Assembly (NCBI GenBank): GCA_963747235.1
Contig: CAVVEU010000024.1
Coordinates: 1 to 64,000 of the forward strand
Direction: 5' to 3'
Origin: an uncultured Candidatus Rokubacteria bacterium
Lineage (GTDB): Bacteria > Methylomirabilota > Methylomirabilia > Rokubacteriales > CSP1-6
Length of the DNA stretch: 64,000 nt
Below are positions 32,327-44,091 of the stretch, in pieces. A program made the position numbers and the translations under genes. Each line of letters starts with the position of its first letter. Position 1 is the first letter of the stretch. A model generated the notes under the pieces. That model was not told the DNA's origin. It was given only the letters and a program-made list of their open reading frames with translations, and made no database searches.

Positions 32327-33739
32327 ATGAACGGCATCGTCGCCTACGGGGCCTACCTCCCTTATTTCCGCCTCGACCGGAAGGCCATCGGCGAGTCCCT
32401 GGGGAGCGGGGGCGGCAAGGGCACCCGGGTCGTCGCCTCCTACGACGAGGACACGACCTCCATGGGCGTGGAGGCGGCGCGGGCCGCGCTCCGCGGAGCC
32501 CCACGGCTCGCTCCCGCCGCGGTCTACTTCGCGACCGTCGACCCCGCCTATCTCGACAAGACCAACGCCACCGCGATCCACGCCGCGCTCGCGCTCGACG
32601 AGTCGGTCATGGCCTTCGACATGCTCGGCTCGATCCGCTCGGCCGCGGGCGCGCTGCGCGCCGCGATCGACGCCTCGAGGCCGACGCTGGCCGTCCTCTC
32701 CGACATCCGCACCGGTCTCCCGGGCGGCGCGGACGAGCGCGACGGCGGCGACGCGGCGGTGGCCTTCCTCATGGCGTCGGGCGACGCCGACACCCCGGTG
32801 CTGGCCGAGCCGGTCGCGGCGGCGTCGGTCACGGCCGAGTTCCTCGAGCGCTGGCGGGTGCCCGGCGACGCGGCCTCGCGGCAGTGGGAGGAGCGCTTCG
32901 GCGAGCACGCCTACGGGCCGCTGGCGGAGGCCGCGATCGCGAGCGCGCTGAAGCAGGCCGGCGTCACCGGCGGCGAGCTGGCGTCCGTGATCGTGGCGGG
33001 GTCGCACGGGCGCGCGAACAAGCGCGCGGCCGCCGCGGTGGGCGCGAAGCCCACGGCGCTCGGCGACGATCTCACCGGCACGGTGGGCAACACCGGCGCG
33101 GCCCACGCGGGGCTGCTCCTGGCGGACGCGCTCGACCGGGCGCAGGCCGACGATCTCATCATGGTCGTCTCCCTGGCCGACGGCTGCGACGTGACGATCT
33201 GGCGCGCGACCGCGGCACTGGCGCGCGGACGGCAGCCGGTGCCGGTGGCGCAGCAAATCAAGGCAGGCGGCCGCGTGTCCTACCCGACCTTCCTCACCTG
33301 GCGCGGCTTCCTCAAGCGCGAGCCGCCGCGCCGGCCCGATCCGCAGCCGCCCGCCGCGCCGCCGGCCTTGCGGGCCGAGGCGTGGAAGTTCGGCTTCACG
33401 GGGAGCCGGTGCCAGGCGTGCGGCACGCGGCACCTGCCGCCCACGCGCGTGTGCCTCAAGTGCCGCGCGGTGGACCGCATGACCCCGGAGCGCATGGCGG
33501 ACGTGCCCGCGACCATCGCGACCTTCACGGTGGACCGCCTCGCCTACTCGCTGTCGCCGCCGGTGGTGGTGGGCGTGCTCGACTTCGAGGGCGGCGGCCG
33601 CTTCACCTGCGAGCTGACCGACGTGGACCCCGCCGCGGTGACGATCGGCAACCGGGTCGAGATGACGTTCCGCCGGCTCATGACCGCTCACGACGTGCAC
33701 AACTACTTCTGGAAGGCGCGACCCCTCCGGGGCGCGTAG
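32327..33739 (+). CDS. HMG-CoA-synthase-like domain fused to DUF35 (Zn ribbon + OB fold)
   Basis: GIVAYGAYLP, DEDTTSMGVEAA, VGNTGAA; CQACG...CLKC; VEMTFRRL...YFWKARP. Confidence 0.85.
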   Translation: MNGIVAYGAYLPYFRLDRKAIGESLGSGGGKGTRVVASYDEDTTSMGVEAARAALRGAPRLAPAAVYFATVDPAYLDKTNATAIHAALALDESVMAFDMLGSIRSAAGALRAAIDASRPTLAVLSDIRTGLPGGADERDGGDAAVAFLMASGDADTPVLAEPVAAASVTAEFLERWRVPGDAASRQWEERFGEHAYGPLAEAAIASALKQAGVTGGELASVIVAGSHGRANKRAAAAVGAKPTALGDDLTGTVGNTGAAHAGLLLADALDRAQADDLIMVVSLADGCDVTIWRATAALARGRQPVPVAQQIKAGGRVSYPTFLTWRGFLKREPPRRPDPQPPAAPPALRAEAWKFGFTGSRCQACGTRHLPPTRVCLKCRAVDRMTPERMADVPATIATFTVDRLAYSLSPPVVVGVLDFEGGGRFTCELTDVDPAAVTIGNRVEMTFRRLMTAHDVHNYFWKARPLRGA

Positions 33740-33757
33740 TCGAGAGGAGACTTCACC

Positions 33758-34954
33758 ATGGCCAGCAACGGGATCCGGGACCGCGTGGCGATCGTCGGCA
33801 TGGGCTGCACCACCTTCGGCGAGCGCTGGGACAAGAGCGTGAGCGATCTCCTGGTGGACGCGTCCCAGGACGCGCTGAACTCGGCCAACGTGCCGATCGA
33901 CGCGGTGGACGCGTTCTGGCTCGGCACGCTCTTCTCCGGGCAGAGCGGGCTCACGCTCTCGCGCCCGCTCAAGCTCGACTACAAGCCGGTGAGCCGGCTC
34001 GAGAACTACTGCGCCACCGGCTCCGAGGCCTTCCGCAACGCCTGCTACGCGGTGGCCTGCGGCGCCTACGACATCGCGATGGCCATCGGCGTCGAGAAGC
34101 TGAAGGACTCGGGCATCTCGGGGCTGCCGTCGATCGGCGCGCCCGAGGACGGCACGCGCGCGGGCCTCACCGCGCCCGCCACGTTCAGCCTGCTCGCGCC
34201 GGCCTACGCCAGGAAGTACGGGGTGGACGACGCCACCTTCAAGGAGGCGATGACCCACATCGCCTGGAAGAACCACAAGAACGGCGCGCTCAACCCGCGC
34301 GCGCAGTTCCGCAAGGAAGTCGCGAAGGACGTCATCGCCTGCTCGCCCCTGGTGGCGGGCGCGCTCGGCATCTTCGACTGCTCGGGCGTGTCCGACGGCT
34401 CGGCCGCCGCGATCGTCGTGCGGGCCGAGGACGCCTACAAGTACACCGACAAGCCGCTCTTCGTGAAGGCGCTCTCGTTCATCGCGGGGCCGGCCACCGG
34501 CCCGATCGATCCCGACTACGACTACACGACCTTCCCCGAGGTGGTGCACTCCGCCGCGGATGCCTACGCGCAGGCCGGGATCAAGGACCCGCGCGCCGAG
34601 CTGGCGATGGCCGAGGTGCACGACTGCTTCACGCCCACCGAGCTGGTGCTGATGGAAGACCTCGGCTTCGCGGCGCGGGGCACCGCGTGGAAGGAGGTGC
34701 TCAACGGCACCTTCGATCTGGAAGGCGAGCTGGCGGTGAACCCGGACGGCGGGCTCAAGTCCTTCGGCCACCCGATCGGCGCCTCCGGGCTGCGCATGCT
34801 CTTCGAGGCGTGGCTGCAGCTTCGCGGGGAGGCGGGCAAGCGGCAGATCGCCAGCATCGCGCGGGGGCGGAAGCTGGCGCTCACGCACAACCTGGGCGGG
34901 GCGCCGGGGGAGTGCGTGTCGTTCGTGTCGGTGGTGGGGTCCGAGCGGAGCTGA
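33758..34954 (+). CDS. Thiolase-family protein (SCP2/PhlC-like acetyl-CoA acetyltransferase)
   Basis: ENYCATG, EVHDCF, GHPIGASG, THNLGG. Confidence 0.9.
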   Translation: MASNGIRDRVAIVGMGCTTFGERWDKSVSDLLVDASQDALNSANVPIDAVDAFWLGTLFSGQSGLTLSRPLKLDYKPVSRLENYCATGSEAFRNACYAVACGAYDIAMAIGVEKLKDSGISGLPSIGAPEDGTRAGLTAPATFSLLAPAYARKYGVDDATFKEAMTHIAWKNHKNGALNPRAQFRKEVAKDVIACSPLVAGALGIFDCSGVSDGSAAAIVVRAEDAYKYTDKPLFVKALSFIAGPATGPIDPDYDYTTFPEVVHSAADAYAQAGIKDPRAELAMAEVHDCFTPTELVLMEDLGFAARGTAWKEVLNGTFDLEGELAVNPDGGLKSFGHPIGASGLRMLFEAWLQLRGEAGKRQIASIARGRKLALTHNLGGAPGECVSFVSVVGSERS

Positions 34955-34969
34955 GCGCGGGCTAGGCCA

Positions 34970-35004
34970 CCCCTCACCCTGCCCTCTCCCCTGAGGGGAG
35001 AGGG
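34970..35004 (-). repeat. Palindromic repeat copy between convergent genes
   Basis: CCCCTCACCCTGCCCTCTCCCCTGAGGGGAGAGGG is the exact reverse complement of 6886-6920. Confidence 0.92.
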
Positions 35005-35008
35005 GGAG

Positions 35009-36704
35009 CTAGGGGCTCGGCGGGTCGGCGCCGGCCGACTTGCGGATGTCGAGCATCTCGGGCAGGCCGCGGCCGGTGTGCTCGAAGAGCTGCACGCGCG
35101 TGAGATGGTTCATGTCGATGACGATCTCGCGGATGCGCTCGGCGGCGGCGTGGATCTGGGCGATGCGCTCCCGGGCCTCCGGGCTCACGCTCGGATCCTC
35201 CTGGAGCATGGCCAGGCGTCCCAGCACCATCGTCAGCGGGTTGTTGATCTCGTGGGCGGCCGCGTTGGCGAGCCGGGCCATGCTGCGCAGCTCGTCGGCG
35301 GCCTTCTGCTCGGTGATGTCGATGAGGGTCGCCTCGAAGTCGGCGCGCGGGTGGACCCGAGCCGCGAATCACGTTCGCGAGCACCCAGATGAGCCGCCCG
35401 TCGCGCCGGCGGAACTGGAGCTCGACGTTGACGGCGGTCCCCACCGCCTTGATGCGCTCGAGGATCTGGTCGCGCTCCTTGGGCTGGGCGTAGAACTCGC
35501 CGACGTTCGCCGCCAGCACGTCGGCCGCGCGCTCGAAGCCGAGGATCCGGGCGAACGCCTCGTTGCAGTCCACGATGCGCCCGTCTGCGAGGGTCAGGCA
35601 CATCCCGGCCGGGTTGCGCTCGAACATGGTGCGGTAGCGCTGCTCCGACTCCCGGAGCTCGGCCGTCCGGGTCTGCATGAGCGCCATGGCCTCGCCCAGG
35701 GCCCCGCTCACGCCCGCGAGCTCGGCGAGCCGGAACACCGGGAGCTCCGGCACCGTCTCGCCCCGGCCGAAGGCGCTGAACGCGTTCCTCAGCCGGCGCA
35801 GGCGGCCGGTGAATTGCCGCCCGGCCAGGGTCGCGAGACCCAGCGAGAGCACCAGGGCGCCGACGGCGCCCGCGGTGAGGAGCCCGAGCGACCGGCGGAG
35901 CGGGCCCTCGAGCTGCTCGCTCGGGACCGCGATCCCCACCGTGAACCGGGACCACGGGGCGCGGCTGAAGGCGGTGTAGGCGGTCGAGCCCTCGAGCGTG
36001 GGACCGGTGAACACCGCCTCCTCGCGCTCGCGGGCGCGCGAGACGAAGCCGGCGGGCGCGGGCTTGCCCACCCGCTGCTCCTGCCCCTGGGTCGTGGCCA
36101 CCACGATGCCGTTGCGATCCACGATGGTCCCGACGGTCCCGCCGGCGATCTGGGCCGCGGCCAGCACCGACGCGAAGCTCTCCGGCGTCATGACCGCGGC
36201 CAGGACGTGCCGGACCTTTCCGTCGCGGAGCAGGGGCAGCGTGACCGCGATCACCCGGCGGCCGGCGGTCGGGTCCATGACCAGATCCGAGACCTGCGGC
36301 TGGCCCGTCTGGAGCGTTCGCTGGAACGTCTCGAGCCCGGCCACGCTCGGCAGCGAGCTCCCGAGCGGGTGCAGGAGGTTCAGCACCTGCCGGCCCGAGG
36401 GATCCGCGAGGGCCACCGTCAGCCACCGCGGATAGGCCTCCCGCGCCAGCCGCGCCTGCTCGTAGAACTTCCGCAGGTCGGCCGGGTCGAGATCGCTGGA
36501 GGTCGCGAGCCCCTTCAGCCCCGCGAGCGAGGTCTCGACCTCGCGATCCACCGCCACCGTCAGGGAGCGGGCGTGGTACAGGAGCGCCTGCTCCATGGCG
36601 CGCCGCTCGTCCTGGTGCGCCCACCAGATCGCGACGCCGGCGACCCCCAGCAGAGGGACCAGGGTCAGGCCGACGACCGCGAGCAGGAATGTGCGGAGCT
36701 TCAT
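35009..36704 (-). CDS. Membrane sensor: Cache + PAS + HisKA-like helix, no HATPase (frameshift near 35350)
   Basis: Two TM segments flanking a periplasmic domain; ESEQRYRTMFE PAS; AAHEINNPL H-box; protein ends about 80 aa later. Confidence 0.8.
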
Positions 36705-36764
36705 GGCTTCCGCTGAGAATAGGGAAAGCCCGCCGGATCGGCAAGCTTTGCTATCCTCCACCCC

Positions 36765-38367
36765 ATGTCGTACGACGCCATCATCATCGGCGCCGGGATC
36801 TCCGGCATGTACCAGCTCCACCGGCTGCGCGGGCTCGGCCTGCGCGTGCGGGTGTTCGAGGCCGGCGACGGGCGTGGGCGGCACCTGGTACTGGAACCGC
36901 TACCCCGGGGCGCGGTTCGACTCCGAGAGCTGGACCTACGGCTACTCCTTCTCCGAGGAGATCCTGCGCGAGTGGGAGTGGAGCGAGCACTTCGCGGCGC
37001 AGCCGGAGACGCTGCGGTACTGCAACTTCGTCGCCGACAAGCTCGACCTGCGCCGCGACATCGAGTTCAACTGCCGGATCAAGGCGGCCGTCTACGACGA
37101 GGCCGCCGGCCAGTGGGAGATCGAGAGCGAGGACGGCCGGCGGGTGCGGGCGCGGTTCCTGATCACCGCGATCGGGCCGCTGTCGACGCCGACCATGCCG
37201 ACCATCCCGGGCGTCGAGACCTTCCGCGGCGAGGCCTACCACACCGGCCGGTGGCCGCACGAGCCGGTGACCTTCGCGGACAAGCGCGTCGCGGTGATCG
37301 GCACCGGCGCGACCGCGGTGCAGGCGATCACCGAGATCGCCAAGACGGTCGGGCACCTCACGGTGTTCCAGCGCACGCCGAACTGGTGCGCGCCGCTGCA
37401 CAACAGCAAGATCGACGCGGCCACCCAGGCCCGCATCAAGGCGACCTATCCCGAGATCTTCGCGCTCTGCCGCGACTCCTTCGGCTGCTTCATCCACCAG
37501 GCCGACCCGCGCAAGGCGCTCGAGGTGAGCGCGGAGGAGCGCGAGGCGTTCTACGAGAAGCTCTACGGCGAGCCCGGCTTCGGCATCTGGATGGGCAACT
37601 TCCGCGACGTGCTGGTCAACGCGGAGGCCAACGCCACCATCACCGAGTTCATGCGCCGGAAGATCCGCGCGCGGGTGAAGGACCCGAAGCTCGCGGAGAA
37701 GCTGATCCCGACGAACCACGGCTTCGGCACCCGCCGCGTGCCGCTCGAGAGCGGCTACTACGAGGTCTACAACCAGCCGAACGTGCGCCTCGTGGACATC
37801 CGCGAGACGCCGATCGAGCGGATCACGCCGACCGGCATCGAGACCAGCCGATGCCGAGTACGCGGTCGACATGATCATCTACGCCACCGGCTTCGACGCC
37901 ATCACCGGGGCGTTCGACCGCATCGACATCCGCGGCGTCGGCGGCCGGCGGCTCCGGGACAAGTGGGCGGACGGGCCGCGCACCTATCTCGGGCTGCAGA
38001 TCGTGGGCTTCCCCAACCTGTTCACGCTGGTCGGGCCGCACAACGCCGCCACGTTCTGCAACATCCCGCGCTGCATCGAGCAGAACGTGGACTGGGTGAC
38101 CGCGCTCATCGCGCACATGCGCGAGAAGGGCCACACGCGCGTCGAGGCGACGTCCGACGCGGAGCGCGACGTGGACCGAGCACGTGCACGAGACCGGGCG
38201 AGCGCATGCTGTTCACCAAGGTGGACTCCTGGATGATGGGCATCAACTCCAACGTGGCGGGCAAGCAGAAGCGCACGTTCATCGTCTACGCCGGCGGCGC
38301 CCCGAAGTACCGGGAGAAGTGCGACGAGGTCGCGGCCGGCGGCTACGTCGGGTTCACGTTCCGATAG
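36765..38367 (+). CDS. Baeyer-Villiger monooxygenase (type I; frameshifted)
   Basis: GAGISG, GGTWYWNRYPGARFDS, FRGEAYHTGRWP fingerprint, GTGATAVQ, ATGFDA. Confidence 0.92.
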
Positions 38368-38377
38368 GAGACCAGAG

Positions 38378-39855
38378 ATGGCCGGCGAGCGGGACTACGA
38401 CGTGGTGGTGGTCGGAGCGGGTAACGCGGCGCTGGCGGCGGCGGTCTCCGCGCGCGAGCAGGGCGCAAGTCGGGTGATAGCGCTCGAGAAGGCGCCGCGC
38501 GAGCTGCGGGGCGGCAACACCCACTACAGTGGCGGGCTGCTGCGCTTCGCCTACGACCGGCCCGAGGATCTGCTGCCGCTCGTGCCCGAGACGCGCTCCG
38601 AGGTCCCGGACTTTCCCGCCGGCGTCGAGCCCTATCCGGCGAAGCGATTCCGCGCCGATCTCGACCGCGTCACCGAGGGGCGGAGCGATCCGGAGCTGTC
38701 CGAGATCCTGATCGGCCGCTCGTTCGACACGGTGCGCTGGATGGTGGAGCAGGGGATCGTGATGGAGCCCGCGCTCTCGCTCAGCGGGGTGAAGGTCGGG
38801 AACACGATCAAGTGGTCGCCGGGCGCCATCATCCGGGCGCGCCACGAAGGCGTCGGCCTCTCGGCCATGTGGTTCAAGGCCGCGCAGGCGCGCGAGGTCG
38901 AGATTCGCTACGACACCAGCGCGGTCCGGCTCGTCCAGGACTCCCGCGGCCGGGTGACCGGGGTGGCGGTGCGCGATGCGGACGGCTTCCGCGAGATCGG
39001 CGCCCGCGCCGTCGTGCTCGGTGCGGCGGCTTCGAGGCGAATCCCGAGTGGCGGGCGCGCTACCTCGGACGCCCGTGGGACCACGCCAAGGTGCGCGGCA
39101 CCCGTTACAACACCGGCGACGGGCTTCGCATGGCGCTCGAGATCGGCGCGCTGCCGTGCGGGCAGTGGACGGGCTGTCACTCGACCCCGATCGACGCCGA
39201 GGCCCCGCCCCACGGCGACCGCAAGCTGACCGACAAGACCAATCGCCTGTCCTACCCGTTCGGCGTGCTCGTGGACAGCAACGGCCGGCGCTTCTTCGAC
39301 GAGGGCGAGGACTTCCAGTTCTACACGTACGCCAAGCTGGGCGGCATCATCCTCAACCAGCCCCGGGGCGTCGCGTACCAGATCTTCGACGACAAGGTCT
39401 CGGGCCTGCTGGAGGGCCGCTACCGGACCGGGCAGCCGGTCGTCGCCGATTCGCTCGCGGCGCTGGTCGCCCAGCTCCCGGTGGACCAGGTCCGCTGCCT
39501 GGAGACGCTCGAGGCGTACAACGCCGCGGTGGGAACGGCGACCTTCGATCCCACCGTGAAAGACGGGCTCGCGACCCACGGGCTCCCCCTGCCGAAATCG
39601 AACTGGGCGCAGCGCCTGGACACCCCGCCCTTCACCGCGTGGCCGGTCACCGGGGGGATCACGTTCACCTTCGGCGGCGTGCGGGTGAACGAGCACGCGC
39701 AGGTGCAGAGCACGAGCTGGACGTCGATCCCGGGGCTCTTCGCGTGCGGCGAGATGGTCGGCGGGCTCTTCCACGGCAACTACCCGGGCGGCACCGGCCT
39801 GATGTCGGGCGCCGTCTTCGGCCGTCTCGCGGGCGAGAGCGCCGCGGGAGCCTGA
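38378..39855 (+). CDS. tcuA: FAD-dependent tricarballylate dehydrogenase TcuA-like flavoprotein (frameshift near 39022)
   Basis: VGAGNAA, RGGNT, GGFEAN, VRGTRYNTGDG, GITFTFGG, NYPGGTGL. Confidence 0.75.
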
Positions 39856-39885
39856 GCGGCGGCTCGCGGCGGAGCGGTCCTCGCG

Positions 39886-41091
39886 TCAGACCACGCCGCG
39901 GGCGCGCAGGCCGGCGATGTCCGTGCCGTTGTAGCCCAGCTCGGCGAGGATCGCCTCGGTGTGCTCGCCGAGCTGCGGCGCCCGGTGGCGGAAGCGTCCC
40001 GGTGTCTCGGAGAGGTCGACCGGCGTGGGCGCGAGCGGCGCCGGCCGCGGCAGCCCCGGATAGTCGGTGTCGGCCAGCAGCCCGGCGGCCCGGATGTGCG
40101 CGTCCTCGAGCGCCTGCTGGGGTGAATACAGCGGCCCGGCCGGGACCCTGGCCTTCTCCAGCTCGGCCAGCGCCTCGGCGGTCGTGCGCTCGGCGGTCCA
40201 CTCCGACATCCGCTTGGAGATCAGTCTCGCCGTTGTCGCCGCGGGCCAGATCGTCCTTGAAGCGCGGGTCGGTCAGCCAGTGGCCCTCGCCCATCAGCTT
40301 CGCCCAGCGCGCGAACATGGGGCCGCCGATCGCGTAGGCGATGATCCAGCCGTCCTTCGTGCGGAACAGGTCGGACGGCGCCGAGGTCTGCCCCCGGTTG
40401 ACCGTGGCCACCCGGTTCGGGCGCACGACCTGCTGCTCGACGAGCGTGGGGTTGTTGAAGGCGACCGCGGTGCGCAGCAGCGCGGCCTCGACCTTCTGGC
40501 CGCGGCCCGTCTTGTCGCGCGCCATGAGCGCCGCCAGCGTGCCGAACGCCGAGACCGACGCCGTCCCGAAGTCGACCCAGGCCACCGAGGCGCGCAGCGG
40601 CTGCTCCGGGGTGCCGGTCAGGTACGCGCCGCCGGCCATCACCTGGCCGATGCCGTCGAAGCCGTGCTTGTGGCTCCAGGGCCCCCGGCGCCGAACGCGG
40701 TCACGGTGGTGAGGATGATGTCGGGCTTCACCGCGCGGAGGCTGTCGAGGTCGAGCGCCAGGGACCGCAGCACCTCGGGCGGCAGGTTGGCGACCACCAC
40801 GTCGGCGGTGGCCACCAGCTTGCGGACGATCTCACGCCCCTCGGGACAGGCGGGATCGAGGGTCATCGCCCGCTTGTTGCGGTTCATCACCAGGTACATG
40901 GCTCCGACGCCGTCGGCGCCCACCGGCGCCACCCAGCGATCCTCGCCGCCGCCGATCCGCTCGATCCGGATGACGTCGGCGCCGAGATCGGCCAGCAGCG
41001 CCGCGCAGTACGGCCCCGCGATGTAGCGTCCGAAGTCGAGGACCCGGACCCCGCTCAGAACACCGTCCAGCTCTCCCTCGCGCTCACTCAT
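39886..41091 (-). CDS. Class III CoA-transferase (CaiB/BaiF; frameshifted)
   Basis: [39 protein letters not shown]. Confidence 0.9.
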
Positions 41092-41173
41092 GTCGAGGCT
41101 CCCTTGAGTGCGACCCTGGCCTGGAGATTGCCTTGGCCGTCGCGCGGCGTCAAGGCGGCGGGCGCCTGAGGCG

Positions 41174-42415
41174 CTACGTCGCGTAGTTCGACCGCTTCTC
41201 TCCGGTCCGGCCGCTCCGCCCGATGGCGCCGGCCACCTCGCGCAGATCGCGGAGGAAGTCGTCGACCACGGGCGCGTGGAGCGGGGTGAGCACCACGTGC
41301 AGGCTCGGCGGCGTCGTGAGCTGTCGCCCGAGGTACCAGCGGCGCTCCGCCATCCCGTCGGCCACCGCCATCACGTCGACCGCGTCCGAGGCGAAGCCCC
41401 ACACGTACATGGCGGGGTCGCCGAGGACGTGAAGGCCCGGAATGGCCTCGATCCCGCGCCGCAGGCGCAGCGAGGTGTCGAGCATCGTGCGGTTCAGATC
41501 GAGGAAGCCCGCCTCGCCGTAGTGCTGGAACACGGCCCACGCCGCCGCGATCGTGCCGCCCGGCCGCGAGCCGGCCATGGTGGGGGTGCGATAGGGCCCG
41601 CCCGCCCAGTCGTCGAGCTGGAATGCCACCCGGCTCTGGAGCGCCTGGTCCCGGTACAGGACCAGCGAGGTGCCGCGCGCGGCGAAGCCGTACTTGTGCA
41701 GGTCCGCCGACATCGTCGACACCTCGGGCACCGCGAAGTCGAACGGGGGGATGGGCTGGCCCAGCTTCCTGAGGAACGGCAGGGCGAAGCCGCCCACGCA
41801 CGCGTCGACGTGAAGATGCAGCGCGTGCCGGCGGGCGATCTCGGCGATGGCGGACACCGGATCGATCGTGCCGAACGGATAGTTGGGCGCCGAGGCCACG
41901 AGCCCGATGGTGTCGTCGGTCACCGCGTCGGCCATGGCCTGCACGTCGGCGACGTAGTCCTTGGTGATCGGGGTCCGGACGTTCCGGATGCCGAAGATCT
42001 GGGCCGCCTTGTCGAAGGCGGGATGCGCGCTCACCGGCAGCACCAGCTCGGGCCGCGTGACCCGCGGCCGCTCCGCCCGCGCGCGCTCGCGCGCCGCGCG
42101 GATGGCCAGGATGATGCTCTCCGACCCGCCGGAGGTGACGTTGCCGGGGCAGCCCGCGCCGCCCAGCAGCTCGGCGCTCATGCCGACCACCTCGCCTTCG
42201 AGCGTGGCGAGGCTCTTGAACATCCGTCCCGCCCCGAGCCCGTTGGTGGCCATGAAGAGCGCGTATGCCTCGCGCAGGAGCCGCAGGTGCTCCTCGCCCG
42301 CTCCGTAGACCAGGCTGAACGTCCGGCCCTCGTGCCAGGCGAGATCGCCGGCCATGGACCGCTCGAGCGATGCCATCACGTCCACGCGCGTCTTTCCCTC
42401 GGTCGGCAGCTTCAC
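41174..42415 (-). CDS. PLP-dependent group II decarboxylase / sphingosine-1-phosphate-lyase-like enzyme
   Basis: [37 protein letters not shown]. Confidence 0.88.
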   Translation of the reverse strand: MKLPTEGKTRVDVMASLERSMAGDLAWHEGRTFSLVYGAGEEHLRLLREAYALFMATNGLGAGRMFKSLATLEGEVVGMSAELLGGAGCPGNVTSGGSESIILAIRAARERARAERPRVTRPELVLPVSAHPAFDKAAQIFGIRNVRTPITKDYVADVQAMADAVTDDTIGLVASAPNYPFGTIDPVSAIAEIARRHALHLHVDACVGGFALPFLRKLGQPIPPFDFAVPEVSTMSADLHKYGFAARGTSLVLYRDQALQSRVAFQLDDWAGGPYRTPTMAGSRPGGTIAAAWAVFQHYGEAGFLDLNRTMLDTSLRLRRGIEAIPGLHVLGDPAMYVWGFASDAVDVMAVADGMAERRWYLGRQLTTPPSLHVVLTPLHAPVVDDFLRDLREVAGAIGRSGRTGEKRSNYAT

Positions 42416-43209
42416 GGTGTTCTCCCCTGGGCAGAGCGCCCGGCGGCCCCGCGGTCGAGCAGCCACCCGCCCACCAGGAGGAGGGCGAAGGAGGCGGCCA
42501 GGAGCACGCTGGCGAGGGCATTCACCCGGGGGGCGATGCCGTCCTTCAGCAGGCTCCAGATGTACATGGTCAGCGTCCCCTTCTGGCCGGAGACGAAGAA
42601 CGTGATCAGGAACTCGTCCATCGACAGCGTGAACACGAAGAGCGCCGCGCCCACCACCCCGGGCAGGATCAGCGGCAGGGTCACGTGCCAGAACACGCGA
42701 ACGGGCGTGGCGCCGAGATCGCCCGCGGCCCGCTCCAGGGAGCGGTCGAAGCCGTACAGGCGTGCCGACACGATGAGGATCGCGAACGGCACGGTGAACA
42801 CGACGTGTCCCAGCACGACGGTCAGCCGGGACAGCGGCAGATGGAGAAAGGCGAAGAAGAGGAGCAGGGCCACGCCCATCAGGAAATGCGGGATCACCAT
42901 GGGCAGGATCATCATGGCGTGGGCCGCCCGCTTGAACGCGAACGTGCAGCGGACGAGGGGAAAGGCGGCGAGCGTGCCGATCACGGTCGACGTCACGGTC
43001 GTGATGCCGGCGATGACGAGACTGTTGTAGAGCGCGTCGTGCAGCACGAAGTCGAAGCCCAGCTCGCGATACCACTGCAGGGTGAACCCCCGGAACGGCA
43101 GCGACGGAATGATGTTGTCGTTGAACGAGAACAGCACGAGGAAGGCGATGGGCAGGTAGAGGAAGGCGAACCCCAGCACGCCGTACGCGATCAGGAGCCG
43201 CCTCGCCAT
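42412..43209 (-). CDS. potC: Polyamine-type ABC permease
   Basis: FLYLPI..LVLFSFN, FTLQWY, LERAAGDLGA. Confidence 0.85.
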   Translation of the reverse strand: MARRLLIAYGVLGFAFLYLPIAFLVLFSFNDNIIPSLPFRGFTLQWYRELGFDFVLHDALYNSLVIAGITTVTSTVIGTLAAFPLVRCTFAFKRAAHAMMILPMVIPHFLMGVALLLFFAFLHLPLSRLTVVLGHVVFTVPFAILIVSARLYGFDRSLERAAGDLGATPVRVFWHVTLPLILPGVVGAALFVFTLSMDEFLITFFVSGQKGTLTMYIWSLLKDGIAPRVNALASVLLAASFALLLVGGWLLDRGAAGRSAQGRTP

Positions 43210-43218
43210 GGCCGCCCG

Positions 43219-44091
43219 CTACCGCTCCAGGCGGTCGAGATCGAGGTAGCGCCACGGCAGCGCCAGCGCGGCCATGACGATGAGGGCGACGATGAAGGAC
43301 ATGGCGGCGCCCAGCCCGAGCTGGAAGGCCTGCATCTGGTTGGCGATGAGGGGGGCGATCATGACGCTCGTGGTCCCGCCGACGAGGAGCGGCACGAAGA
43401 ACATCCCGACCAGGGGCACGAAGGTCAGCGCGGCCGCCGAGACCACGCCGGGCATGGTCTGGGGCAGGGTCACGTGCCAGAAGGCGCGGAGCGGCCGCGC
43501 GCCGAGATCGCCCGCTGCGTGGAGGAGCGCCCAGTCCATCTTCTCGAGCGACGAGTAGATGGCGACCACCGCGAACGGCAGGGAGAAGTACGTCATGACG
43601 AGCACGACCGAGAACGGGCTGTAGAGGAGAAACGGCAGCGGCGCGTCGATGAGCCCGAGGGACCGCAGCCCCTTGTTGATGATGCCGCCGTGGCCGAGCA
43701 CCGCCATCCACGCGTAGGCCCGCAGCAGGCCGCTCGTCCAGAAGGACAGGATCACCGCGGCGAGCAGCACCTTCTGCCACCGCCGCGTGTAGCGCACGAT
43801 GAAGTAGGCGAGCGGGTAGGCCATCACGAGGGTCGCCGCGGTGATCACGAGCGCGGTGGCGAGCGTCCGCAACAGCACGCGTGGATACGTCCAGCTCTCG
43901 AAGAACGCGCGGTAGTTGTCGAGCGTGAACGTCGGCACGATCTGGAAGTTCCGCGTGGACCAGAAGCTGTAGAGGAACATGATGGCCATGGGCACCACGA
44001 AGAGCCCCACCTGCACCACCGCCACGGGCAGCAGGCCCCACAGGAGCGCACGCTCCCGTGGGGCCGGCCGCCCGGTCGGCCGCCGACTCAT
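43219..44091 (-). CDS. potB: Polyamine-type ABC permease
   Basis: TLDNY, AYPLAY, LRAYAW, AAGDLGA. Confidence 0.85.
   Translation of the reverse strand: MSRRPTGRPAPRERALLWGLLPVAVVQVGLFVVPMAIMFLYSFWSTRNFQIVPTFTLDNYRAFFESWTYPRVLLRTLATALVITAATLVMAYPLAYFIVRYTRRWQKVLLAAVILSFWTSGLLRAYAWMAVLGHGGIINKGLRSLGLIDAPLPFLLYSPFSVVLVMTYFSLPFAVVAIYSSLEKMDWALLHAAGDLGARPLRAFWHVTLPQTMPGVVSAAALTFVPLVGMFFVPLLVGGTTSVMIAPLIANQMQAFQLGLGAAMSFIVALIVMAALALPWRYLDLDRLER

Noticed and set aside
34970-35004. Classical rho-independent terminator
   Set aside because: The hairpin lacks a U-tract on either side and is identical to the dispersed repeat.
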